Below, in pieces: positions 14,613-25,570 of a DNA stretch of 32,000 nucleotides (position 1 is its first letter; every line of letters begins with the position of its first letter). The translations under genes were made by a program, and so were the position numbers. This stretch comes from Nitratidesulfovibrio vulgaris str. Hildenborough (GTDB lineage: Bacteria > Desulfobacterota > Desulfovibrionia > Desulfovibrionales > Desulfovibrionaceae), in NCBI RefSeq assembly GCF_000195755.1, contig NC_002937.3:1170001-1202000 (forward strand), read 5' to 3'. The notes below the pieces were generated by a model that ran no database searches, had not been told where the DNA came from, and saw only the letters and a list, made by a program, of their open reading frames with translations.

Positions 14613-16228
14613 CACCGCATACGAAACCCTGCGGCGGATGCCGTGACACCGCCGGAGAGGGCACAGCACGGGTGCCAGGACAGTCCGCAACCGAAGGGGA
14701 CGACAGCGCCCTGAAGCACGAACAGGGCAAGTCTGCCCCTGCCGTTTCAGAAGATACGGCGCCAGACTCCATGATGGCAGGGGACGTTGCCGTTTCGTCT
14801 GGGCAGATGGCGAAACGGAGAGTCGCGCAAGGCGACGGAGAAGAAGCCAGCCCCTCTATCACCCCCCCGCAGGGCGAGACCCCTGCAGGGTTAACCCGTC
14901 ACCTGCTGCCGTGGTTGCCTGTCGTTGCCGCGCTGCTTCTGGCTGCCAATGCACTCCGCCGCGACGCATGGGGGCTGCTTGGCCTCTGGTGTGTCGTGGC
15001 CTGTCTTGCCTGTACCCGGCAGGCATGGGCCCGCATCGTCGTGGCGTTGGCCCTGTGTGCCGGGGTGGTGGTCTGGGCAGACACCACGCAACAGTTCGTG
15101 TCGTTCAGGATGATGGCCGGATTGCCGTGGGGGCGGCTTGTGGCCATCATGGCGACTGTGGGGGGCATCACGGCCCTGTCTTCGCTCGTACTACTGGGGC
15201 GCGCCGGGGAGGCCCGCTACACCTCCGGGCGTGACATGGCCGGTGCACAGGCGTGGGCAGCCCTGCTGACCTTTGCCGGACTGATGTGGATACGGCATGC
15301 CACGGGCCCGCTCACGCCGTTGCTCGCTGACAGGCTATGGCCGGGAAGTGGCATGGTGCAGGCCGCTTTGATGGCCGTCTATGCGGCATGGGCGGTGGGC
15401 AGGCTTGCCGACCCGAAGCTGTCGCGCGTCTGGCGGCCGAGACTGTGGGCGTTGTTCAGCTTCGTCTTCTCTATGCAACTGGCCCTCGGACTCATCGGGT
15501 ATGACATCTTTCTCATGACGGGCAGGCTGCATCTGCCGGTTCCCGCACTCATCCTCGCCGGGCCACTCTATCGCGGTACCGGGTGGTTCATGCTGGGGCT
15601 GTTCACCTTCTCCACGCTGCTCCTGGGGGCGGCGTGGTGCAGCCATCTCTGCTATATCGGTGCATGGGATGACATGGCGTCAAGGCGCAAGCGTCGTTGC
15701 GGGACACTGCCCAACCATGCGGGGCGGGTGCGGTTGGGCATCGCCCTGCTGGTGTTCGGCGGGGCCGTGGCATTGCGTCTGCTTGGTGTCGGCCCCGTTG
15801 CCGCCTTCACGGCCGCGGCGTGCTTCGGCCTTGCCGGAGTGGGGGTGATGCTGGCCGTCAGTACACGTCGAGGCGTGCTGGTGCATTGCACGACATACTG
15901 TCCCATGGGACTGCTGGCCGACGTGATGGGCAGGCTGACACCGTGGCGGTTGCAGGTCGATACGGGCCGTTGCACCCGCTGCGGGGCGTGTTCCGCCGTA
16001 TGCCGTTACGATGCCCTCACCCCCGCCGACATCGAAGGCGGTGCCGCCGGTTTCACATGCAGCCGTTGCCGCGACTGTCTTGCCGTCTGCCGCCATGGGG
16101 CCATGCGTCTGACGTTTGCGGGGCGTGGCATCGTCGGCAGACTGGCTGGCGGCGTTCGTGCCGAGACTATTTTTGTCGTCACTGCCGTCACGTTGCATGC
16201 CATCTTTCTTGCGGTGGCGCGGATGTGA
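14609..16228 (+). CDS. NapH/polyferredoxin-like integral membrane Fe-S protein
   Basis: Multiple TM helices. CX3C(P) motifs WCSHLCYIG and HCTTYCPMG. C-terminal motifs CTRCGACSAVCR and CSRCRDCLAVCR. ATG 14609 overlaps the upstream stop (ATGA). The first ~95 aa are low-complexity with weaker GC3 bias, so the start is uncertain. Confidence 0.8.
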   Translation: MTPHTKPCGGCRDTAGEGTARVPGQSATEGDDSALKHEQGKSAPAVSEDTAPDSMMAGDVAVSSGQMAKRRVAQGDGEEASPSITPPQGETPAGLTRHLLPWLPVVAALLLAANALRRDAWGLLGLWCVVACLACTRQAWARIVVALALCAGVVVWADTTQQFVSFRMMAGLPWGRLVAIMATVGGITALSSLVLLGRAGEARYTSGRDMAGAQAWAALLTFAGLMWIRHATGPLTPLLADRLWPGSGMVQAALMAVYAAWAVGRLADPKLSRVWRPRLWALFSFVFSMQLALGLIGYDIFLMTGRLHLPVPALILAGPLYRGTGWFMLGLFTFSTLLLGAAWCSHLCYIGAWDDMASRRKRRCGTLPNHAGRVRLGIALLVFGGAVALRLLGVGPVAAFTAAACFGLAGVGVMLAVSTRRGVLVHCTTYCPMGLLADVMGRLTPWRLQVDTGRCTRCGACSAVCRYDALTPADIEGGAAGFTCSRCRDCLAVCRHGAMRLTFAGRGIVGRLAGGVRAETIFVVTAVTLHAIFLAVARM

Positions 16229-16344
16229 GGGCTTGCTGCAGGATTGGGGCTTTACGGAACACCCCCGGTTCATGTATGAAAACCGCCGCGACGCATGCCG
16301 CGTCGTGCTATTCAGCCGTGCCCGGCAGTACCCCAGCCGTGTGA

Positions 16345-16953
16345 ATGATGACGAACGTACCGGAGCGCTACAGGCGCAAGATAAGCAAGGAAGAGATCAA
16401 CGAACTTCCGTTGCGGCGATATGCTGGCGAGGTGCGTCTTGTGCGTACCGAAGAGGAACTCGCCGACGCACTCGACGTGCTGCGCAGTGATTCTGTGCTC
16501 GGCTTCGACACCGAGACGCGCCCCACGTTCCGCAAGGGCAAGGTCAACCTGCCTTCGCTTGTGCAACTCGCCTGTGCCGATGTCGTGTACCTCATCCAGT
16601 TGAACTGGGTCCCTCTTGGCGAGATGCTGGCAGACCTTCTCTCCGACCCTGCCATCATCAAGACCGGCGTCGCCGTCCGTGACGACATCCGCGACCTTCA
16701 GAAGCTGTACGCTTTCCGTGACGGGGGCGTGGTCGACCTCGGAGAGGTGGCCCGTGACCTCGGTCTCGAGACGCACGGCCTGCGTAACCTCGCTGCCAAT
16801 TTCCTCGGCATCCGCATATCCAAGGGCGCACAGTGTTCCAACTGGAGCAACCGTGAGCTTGGCCCGCAGCAGGTCGTCTACGCCGCCACCGACGCATGGG
16901 TGAGCCGCGAGATACACATCTCGATGCGCAATCTGGGCCTTGTGGGGCTGTAA
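16345..16953 (+). CDS. 3'-5' exonuclease domain protein (RNase D/WRN-exonuclease-like, DEDDy type)
   Basis: LGFDTETRP (Exo I), VRDDIRDL and YAATDAWVSREI (Exo III) motifs. Confidence 0.85.
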   Translation: MMTNVPERYRRKISKEEINELPLRRYAGEVRLVRTEEELADALDVLRSDSVLGFDTETRPTFRKGKVNLPSLVQLACADVVYLIQLNWVPLGEMLADLLSDPAIIKTGVAVRDDIRDLQKLYAFRDGGVVDLGEVARDLGLETHGLRNLAANFLGIRISKGAQCSNWSNRELGPQQVVYAATDAWVSREIHISMRNLGLVGL

Positions 16954-16985
16954 CAGCCCCGTAACTTCACCCGCCTCTTTCGAGT

Positions 16986-17016
16986 CCCCGTTCCCGTAGC
17001 CGGAGCGGGGCTTTTT
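16986..17016 (+). terminator. rho-independent terminator after the exonuclease gene
   Basis: 9-bp stem ccccgttcc / ggagcgggg (one G-U pair), 7-nt loop, then cTTTTT. Confidence 0.7.
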
Positions 17017-17043
17017 GTCATGTTGGCAAAGCTGTTGTAAAAT
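17015..17043 (+). promoter_or_regulatory. candidate sigma70 promoter of the phoB-like/pstB/phoU operon
   Basis: TTGTCA (17015-17020), 17-nt spacer, TAAAAT (17038-17043). The direct repeat GTTGTAA occurs at 17034-17040 and 17052-17058. Confidence 0.45.
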
Positions 17044-17126
17044 GTCACACGGTTGTAACCGCTCTTCCACGCAGGTGTCACTCTGTGGCGTAGAATGTCG
17101 GCGCATAAGTGAGCAAGGAGATGCAG

Positions 17127-17816
17127 ATGGCAAAAGAACGGATTCTGGTCGTCGAGGATGACGAGGATATCCTTCAGCTGCTCCGTTTCACGCTCGAGGC
17201 GGCCGGTTTCGAGGTCGTCACGGCCGCCACGGGACGAGACGGGCTCGAGAGCGCGCAGCGGCATGTTCCGGGGCTGGTACTGCTCGACCTTATGCTGCCG
17301 GGCATGAGCGGTTTCGACGTATGCCGCGAACTCAAGCGCACCCCCGCCACGGAGCATGTACCGGTCATCATGCTGACCGCCCGTGGTGAAGAGGTCGACC
17401 GCATCGTGGGGCTTGAACTGGGGGCCGACGATTACGTCATCAAACCCTTCAGCCCGCGTGAACTGGTCTTGCGCATCCGTGCCGTGCTCAAGCGCGTGAC
17501 AGGGGCGCAAGAGCCTGCACCCCGTGGACAGTGGAACGTGGACGGGCTGTTTCTCGATGAAGAGGCCCACCGCGTGGAAGTTGACGGTGAAGAGGCGCTG
17601 CTTACCGCGACGGAGTTCAGGTTGCTTGCTGAACTTGTCCGGAACCGTGGGCGTGTCCGCACTCGTGACCAGCTGCTGAACACGGTGTGGGGCTACGAAT
17701 TCGAGGGATATGCACGCACGGTCGATACCCATGTGCGTCGCTTGCGCCAGAAGATAGGCCGCTTCGCCGCCATGATCGAAACGATCAGGGGTGTCGGCTA
17801 CAGGTTCAAGGAGTAA
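17127..17816 (+). CDS. phoB: OmpR/PhoB-family response regulator
   Basis: Receiver domain (ILVVEDDEDI, LLDLMLPGMSG, VIKPF) plus a winged-helix domain (LTATEFRLL, RTVDTHVRRLRQK, IRGVGYRF). AAGGAG at 17115-17120 favours ATG 17127. The symbol rests only on the pstB-phoU context. Confidence 0.85.
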   Translation: MAKERILVVEDDEDILQLLRFTLEAAGFEVVTAATGRDGLESAQRHVPGLVLLDLMLPGMSGFDVCRELKRTPATEHVPVIMLTARGEEVDRIVGLELGADDYVIKPFSPRELVLRIRAVLKRVTGAQEPAPRGQWNVDGLFLDEEAHRVEVDGEEALLTATEFRLLAELVRNRGRVRTRDQLLNTVWGYEFEGYARTVDTHVRRLRQKIGRFAAMIETIRGVGYRFKE

Positions 17817-17840
17817 CCGCGGCGACGCCGCACGGAAGGC

Positions 17841-18611
17841 ATGATGGCAGTTACCAGCAAAGCGAAGATGTACGCCCAGGGGTTGCAGTTCTATTACGGC
17901 GACTTCAAGGCGCTGCATGATATCGACCTTACCTTTGAACAGAATCAGGTCACGGCGCTCATCGGGCCGTCCGGCTGCGGCAAGAGCACCTTCCTGCGTT
18001 GCCTCAACCGCATGAACGACCTCATCCCCATATCCCGGGTGGAGGGCGTCATCGCCCTTGACGGTGAGAACATCTACGACCCGAAGGTCGATGTGGTCGA
18101 ACTGCGGCGCAGGGTGGGCATGGTCTTCCAGAAGCCCAACCCCTTTCCCAAGACGGTGTTCGAGAACGTGGCCTACGGGTTGCGTGTGAATGGCGTCAAG
18201 GACCGGGAATATCTCGAAGAGAAGGTGGAACAGAGCCTGCGTCATGCGGCCCTGTGGGACGAGGTGAAGGACAGGCTTCAGGACTCTGCGCTGGGCCTTT
18301 CGGGCGGGCAGCAGCAGCGGCTGTGCATCGCACGGGCACTGGCAGTCGAACCCGAGGTGCTGCTCATGGACGAGCCTGCTTCGGCGCTCGACCCCATCGC
18401 CACGCAGAAGATCGAAGAACTCATCCACATCCTCAAGCAGCAGTACACCATCATCATCGTCACCCACAGCATGCAGCAGGCGGCACGGGTCTCTGACGTG
18501 ACGGCGTTCTTCTACATGGGGCGGCTCATCGAGACGGGGGCGACGGAGATCATGTTCACGCGGCCCCGCAACAAACAGACCGAAGACTACATAACCGGCC
18601 GATTCGGGTAG
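17841..18611 (+). CDS. pstB: phosphate ABC transporter ATP-binding protein
   Basis: Typical PstB sequence: [59 protein letters not shown]. Confidence 0.95.
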   Translation: MMAVTSKAKMYAQGLQFYYGDFKALHDIDLTFEQNQVTALIGPSGCGKSTFLRCLNRMNDLIPISRVEGVIALDGENIYDPKVDVVELRRRVGMVFQKPNPFPKTVFENVAYGLRVNGVKDREYLEEKVEQSLRHAALWDEVKDRLQDSALGLSGGQQQRLCIARALAVEPEVLLMDEPASALDPIATQKIEELIHILKQQYTIIIVTHSMQQAARVSDVTAFFYMGRLIETGATEIMFTRPRNKQTEDYITGRFG

Positions 18612-18619
18612 GTGCATTC

Positions 18620-19285
18620 GTGGAAACGCATTTTCACAGGGAACTGCAGAAGCTCCGGCTCACCATCCTCGAAATGGCGGCACACGCCACCACCGCCATA
18701 GAGGACGCCACCACCGCCCTCATCAGGCGCGATGTCGACCTTGCCAGCAAGGTCGTGGCGGGTGACAGGCATATCAACGCCCTCGAATGTGATGTCGATG
18801 AACGCAGCTTGCGTCTTATCGCCCTCGACCAGCCCATGGCGGTCGACCTGCGCAGCATCGTCGCCACCATGCGGTTGAGCATGGACCTTGAGCGCATCGG
18901 CGACGAATCGTCGAACATTGCCCGGTACGCCCGGTTTCTCGCCGAACGCCCGAAGCTGTCCGGGCTGGAGGGGCTGGAGCAACTCACGGGGCATGCCGTG
19001 GGCATGGCACGCAAGGCCATAGACAGTTTCCGTAACGGCGACCCGGGCAGTGCCCGTGAAGTGCTGGTGCTCGACAGACGCTGCAATGAGATAGAGCGTG
19101 AGACGCGCGCTGGTTTCATGGAGATGATGCGCAAGGATGGCGATACGGTAGAGCGTGCGTTACATGCCATTTTCGCCGCACGCAGCCTTGAGCGGGTGGG
19201 TGACCTCTCCACCAATATCGCCGAGTCGGTCATCTTCATCGAGGAAGGGCTCAACATCAAGCATTCCTGTCCTCAGAAGGTCTGA
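18620..19285 (+). CDS. phoU: phosphate signalling complex protein PhoU
   Basis: Duplicated PhoU repeats with ERIGDESSNIA and ERVGDLSTNIAE. GTG start lies 8 nt after the pstB stop. Confidence 0.95.
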   Translation: METHFHRELQKLRLTILEMAAHATTAIEDATTALIRRDVDLASKVVAGDRHINALECDVDERSLRLIALDQPMAVDLRSIVATMRLSMDLERIGDESSNIARYARFLAERPKLSGLEGLEQLTGHAVGMARKAIDSFRNGDPGSAREVLVLDRRCNEIERETRAGFMEMMRKDGDTVERALHAIFAARSLERVGDLSTNIAESVIFIEEGLNIKHSCPQKV

Positions 19286-19355
19286 AGCCGACTCGCAAAC
19301 AGCCTTCAGGCGATGCCATACCGATCAAGGCACGGCTGCTGTCGCTGCTCAGAAA

Positions 19356-19390
19356 CTGCAAAGGCGCACGTCTCCCGTGCGCCTTTGCAG
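19356..19390. terminator. perfect 15-bp hairpin downstream of phoU
   Basis: ctgcaaaggcgcacg / cgtgcgcctttgcag with a 5-nt loop, 70 nt after the phoU stop. The T-rich flank (TTTCT) is on the minus-strand side only. Confidence 0.55.
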
Positions 19391-19628
19391 TGATACAGGT
19401 CGGCAGGCCGTGTGGCGAAAGAGCAGGGGACGATCATAGCGCATGCGTGGTTGCCGTGTCGCCTCGTCAGGCACTCGCGCACAACAGGCGGGGCAAGGCG
19501 GGCGAGTCCCTCTCCCTGCGCGCTCCCATTACCCCGCCATGCCACATGCACGAACGCGTGCCCGTGCGGTGTCGGCGGCGTATGGGCGAAGCTTCCTATA
19601 CAACGCCCCCTGTGCTATCTTCCGCAGC

Positions 19629-20192
19629 ATGGAACATGACAAACGCCGTTCAGGTGCAGGCGGAAAAGGGGCGAAGCCGGACTCGGGCGGTTCGTGCTTC
19701 GAACCCGGCGGCATGCACCCCAAGACGCTTGAAGACGAAGGAACCTGTCTGCCGTGCGTGACCCTGCAGCTTGACGGGCTGGGCGGCGGGGCAGGGCATG
19801 AGGATGACATCCCTGATGTCGAGCCCATGTCTTTCGCTGTCCCAGCAGTGGATGACGGTCCTTTCGATGAGGACAGGTTCTCTCACCTTGCCGTGGCGGC
19901 ACTTCCCACCGAGTACGGTTCGTTCAAGAAATGGCTGGCCAAGGCCTTTCACCAGCTGCGCGAGGCTGCCGAGACCGGAGTGTTCCCCGATGAGCCGACA
20001 GTGCAGCGATTCATCGCCGCATGCCGTCGCATGACCGAACTCGATGGCAGGGGAAGCGAGACCTTTTCGGCGTTCCTTGCACAGGCCCATCGTTTTGCGG
20101 AAGCCGTCCGGGGCGGTGACCACGAGGCGGGTCGCGCCGCGCTCGATGCGCTGGAAGCCCATCGACGCCGTTGCCATGCCCGGTACAGGTGA
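19629..20192 (+). CDS. hypothetical helical protein ending in an RRRCH motif (XXXCH-domain-like)
   Basis: The acidic, disordered N-terminal half is followed by a ~95-aa helical region ending ALDALEAHRRRCHARYR. The stop lies 3 nt before the next gene. The start is uncertain: ATG 19629 was chosen, but the frame is open from 19443. Confidence 0.6.
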   Translation: MEHDKRRSGAGGKGAKPDSGGSCFEPGGMHPKTLEDEGTCLPCVTLQLDGLGGGAGHEDDIPDVEPMSFAVPAVDDGPFDEDRFSHLAVAALPTEYGSFKKWLAKAFHQLREAAETGVFPDEPTVQRFIAACRRMTELDGRGSETFSAFLAQAHRFAEAVRGGDHEAGRAALDALEAHRRRCHARYR

Positions 20193-20195
20193 CCC

Positions 20196-21176
20196 ATGCC
20201 GTTCCCCAGCATCCCGCACCCTTTCGAGAGCGATGAGACCCCGCCTGAACTCGGGCCCCGCCTGCTGTTCTTCACAGGCGGCACAGCGCTACGTGGGCTG
20301 AGTCGCGAACTCATCGACCATACCCACAATTCGGTGCATCTGGTCACCCCTTTCGATTCGGGTGGCAGTTCAGCCATGCTGCGCAGCTGCATCGCCATGC
20401 CTGCGGTGGGCGACCTGCGTAACAGGCTTCTGGCACTTGCCGATCGTCGAGTGGTGCCATCGTCGGTGCTTGATATCTGCAACATGCGCCTCCCCCGCGA
20501 CGGTGACAGACAGGCATTGCTGCAGACACTCTATGGCATGGCGTCAGCGCGTGATGCCGTGTGGCGTGGCGTTCCGCGGGTGTTCGGCGAGGCTTTGCGC
20601 GTGCACCTGCGCTATTTCCTCGAGCAGATGCCCGAGGCCTTCGACCCCAGAGGGGCGAGCCTCGGCAATCTCATCATGGCAGGGGGCTTTCTGCATCATG
20701 GCAGGCGCCTTGAACCGGTGCTGCTTTTCCTTTCGCGTCTTTTGCGCGTGCGGGGGGTTGTCCTGCCCACGGTGCATGAGGACCTCCACCTGATGGCTGA
20801 GCTTGCCGACGGGTCGGTCATCGTCGGGCAGCATCGTATAACCGGTAAGGATGCCCCCGCCATAGCCTCGCCCATCCGCAGGCTTGCCATCACGCGAAGG
20901 TTGCCTGCCGCGGGCGCTGAAACCGTGGAGGAATACCGTTCGCCCCTCTCGCCCCTCGCGGCGACCTATATCGCCACGGCAGACCTCATCTGCTACCCCA
21001 TGGGCAGCTTCTGGACGAGTGTCGTGGCGAACCTCCTGCCCGTCGGCGTGGGAGGTTGCGTGGCACAGGCCGATTGTCCCAAGGTCTACATTCCCAATGT
21101 GGGGGACGACCCAGAGCAACTCGGCATGAGCGTGGCGGCTGCCGTGGCGGTGCTGCTGGCGACTCTCCCGGCGTGA
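20196..21176 (+). CDS. CofD/YvcK (UPF0052)-family protein, apparently truncated by a frameshift
   Basis: LLFFTGGTALRGLSREL, VTPFDSGGSSAMLR and GDLRNRLLALAD match the CofD/YvcK N-terminal signature. The reading frame stops at 21176 before the expected family C-terminus. Confidence 0.85.
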   Translation: MPFPSIPHPFESDETPPELGPRLLFFTGGTALRGLSRELIDHTHNSVHLVTPFDSGGSSAMLRSCIAMPAVGDLRNRLLALADRRVVPSSVLDICNMRLPRDGDRQALLQTLYGMASARDAVWRGVPRVFGEALRVHLRYFLEQMPEAFDPRGASLGNLIMAGGFLHHGRRLEPVLLFLSRLLRVRGVVLPTVHEDLHLMAELADGSVIVGQHRITGKDAPAIASPIRRLAITRRLPAAGAETVEEYRSPLSPLAATYIATADLICYPMGSFWTSVVANLLPVGVGGCVAQADCPKVYIPNVGDDPEQLGMSVAAAVAVLLATLPA

Positions 21177-21216
21177 TGCGGGGAGTGATGCGCCCGCGTC
21201 GCAACTTCTGCAATCC

Positions 21217-21399
21217 GTGCTTGTGGACACGAGGTCGGGCGAATACCGGGGCGGGCTTGATGCCGAAGGCATCAGGGCGCAGGGTGTGACGATCATCGAC
21301 CGTCCTCTCATAGATGACGGCGCCAGTGCCCATGCCCCGAAGCTGGTGGCACAAGCGCTGTTTGAACTCGCTGCCCGCAAGGATGATGGCATGGCATAG
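21217..21399 (+). CDS. displaced C-terminal segment of the CofD-like protein (+1 frame)
   Basis: This frame is open from 21130. LVDTRSGEYRGGLDAEGIRAQGVTIIDRPLIDDGASAHAPKLVAQALFEL has protein-like composition. It resembles the YvcK/CofD C-terminal ...HD..kLa.al..l ending. Confidence 0.5.
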   Translation: MLVDTRSGEYRGGLDAEGIRAQGVTIIDRPLIDDGASAHAPKLVAQALFELAARKDDGMA

Positions 21400-21714
21400 G
21401 GCCGCGTGGCGGCTGCGGCGACATGTGTTCAGACCTGCCCCTTCCCCTGAAGCCTGAATGAGCCTGACACGGGCAACGCCTCTGCGGAACGACAGTCGTC
21501 TTGCGGCTGTGGGCCGGGGGCAGAGGTGTATCGCCCTCTTTCGTGTCGTCAGCCGGAATGCAACATGCCGGAGTGTCGCGTGATGTCGTTGGCGGTGTCT
21601 GCGATGCAGCTACGGCATGATTCGCCTCGTTGTTGTGCCTATGAGTCTGGCATGAGAATCCTCGGGAGTGTCGTCATACGTCCCGTCCCGTCCTCATCGG
21701 ATGGGGCAGCATAT

Positions 21715-21745
21715 GAAAGGCCCCGCATCGTCATGATGCGGGGCC
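21715..21745 (-). terminator. rho-independent terminator of alaS
   Basis: 11-bp stem ggccccgcatc / gatgcggggcc with a 5-nt loop. On the minus strand it is followed by TTTCATAT. It lies 34 nt after the alaS stop. Confidence 0.65.
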
Positions 21746-21778
21746 CGTGTCCACAGAGGGAAGGCGTCGCCGGAGGCG

Positions 21779-24418
<2,640 letters not shown>

Positions 24419-24457
24419 GTTGAGTTCTCCTGTAAAGCGATGCACAGGGCATGCGAA

Positions 24458-24483
24458 CGCCGCCCCCGGCGAGAGGGGCGGCG
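24458..24483 (-). terminator. GC hairpin between recA and alaS (possible attenuator)
   Basis: 9-bp stem cgccgcccc / ggggcggcg with an 8-nt loop. The downstream tract on the minus strand is only weakly T-rich. Confidence 0.3.
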
Positions 24484-24496
24484 CGCGGTATGAGTT

Positions 24497-25570
24497 CTAG
24501 AGGTCGTTCTCTTCGTCGTTGGCGGGCTCTTCGCCTGATGAGGCGAATTTGGTGGGAGTCATGCCAAGGTGTTCGATGAGCTTGGCTTCGATGGCCTCGC
24601 GCAGGGGGGCGTTCTCTTCGAGAAGGGCGCGGACGTTCTCCTTGCCCTGGCCCAGTCTCTCTGAACCGAAGGCGAACCACGAGCCGCTCTTGTCGATGAT
24701 GCCCGCATCGGAACCGAGGTCGATGATTTCACCGGTGCGCGAGATGCCGGTGCCGTAGAGGATGTCGAACAGGGCCTCGCGGAAGGGCGGGGCGACCTTG
24801 TTCTTCACGATCTTGACCCGGGTGCGCGAGCCGTAGACCTCTTCCTTGTCCTTGAGGGTCTGTATCTTGCGGATGTCCATACGGACGGAACTGTAGAACT
24901 TGAGTGCGTTGCCGCCGGTGGTCGTCTCGGGGCTGCCGTAGCCCATGGTGCCGATCTTCATGCGTATCTGGTTGATGAAGATGACGGCGGTGCGCGACTT
25001 GTGGATGGTGCCGGTGAGCTTGCGCAGTGCGTGCGACATGAGGCGCGCCTGACCGCCCACCTGCGTGTCGCCCATGCTGCCTTCGAGTTCGGCCTGCGGG
25101 ATGAGCGCGGCGACGGAGTCGATGACCACAAGGTCGACCGCCGCAGAACGCACGAGCATGTCGGCGATGTCGAGAGCCTGTTCCCCGAAGTCGGGCTGCG
25201 AGATGAGCAGCTCTTCGGTGTTGACGCCAAGACGGCGGGCATAGGCCACGTCGAGCGCATGTTCGGCGTCGATGAACGCCGCCGTACCCCCGCGTTTCTG
25301 GGCTTCGGCGATGATGTGCAAGGTCAGCGTGGTCTTGCCCGAGGATTCAGGGCCGTAGATTTCCGTCACGCGACCGCGCGGAACGCCACCTACGCCCAGT
25401 GCGAGGTCAAGGCCGATGGAACCGGTGGGGATGACGGGGATGGCGACATGCGCCTCGTCGGACAGTTTCATGACCGCCCCCAGACCGTACTTCCGCTCGA
25501 TGGTGCTAAGAGCGGTCTCCAATGCCTCGCGGCGCATCTCTTCGGGGCTGAGGCTCGGTTTCTTCGCCAT
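24497..25570 (-). CDS. recA: recombinase RecA
   Basis: Canonical RecA ([44 protein letters not shown]). ATG 25570 is preceded by GGAGA. The remainder of the 732-aa track ORF is an upstream run-on. Confidence 0.97.
   Translation of the reverse strand: MAKKPSLSPEEMRREALETALSTIERKYGLGAVMKLSDEAHVAIPVIPTGSIGLDLALGVGGVPRGRVTEIYGPESSGKTTLTLHIIAEAQKRGGTAAFIDAEHALDVAYARRLGVNTEELLISQPDFGEQALDIADMLVRSAAVDLVVIDSVAALIPQAELEGSMGDTQVGGQARLMSHALRKLTGTIHKSRTAVIFINQIRMKIGTMGYGSPETTTGGNALKFYSSVRMDIRKIQTLKDKEEVYGSRTRVKIVKNKVAPPFREALFDILYGTGISRTGEIIDLGSDAGIIDKSGSWFAFGSERLGQGKENVRALLEENAPLREAIEAKLIEHLGMTPTKFASSGEEPANDEENDL

Noticed and set aside
16878-18617. 579-aa ORF on the - strand
   Set aside because: It is antisense to the response regulator and pstB genes, and I recognise no motifs. 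Shadow ORF.
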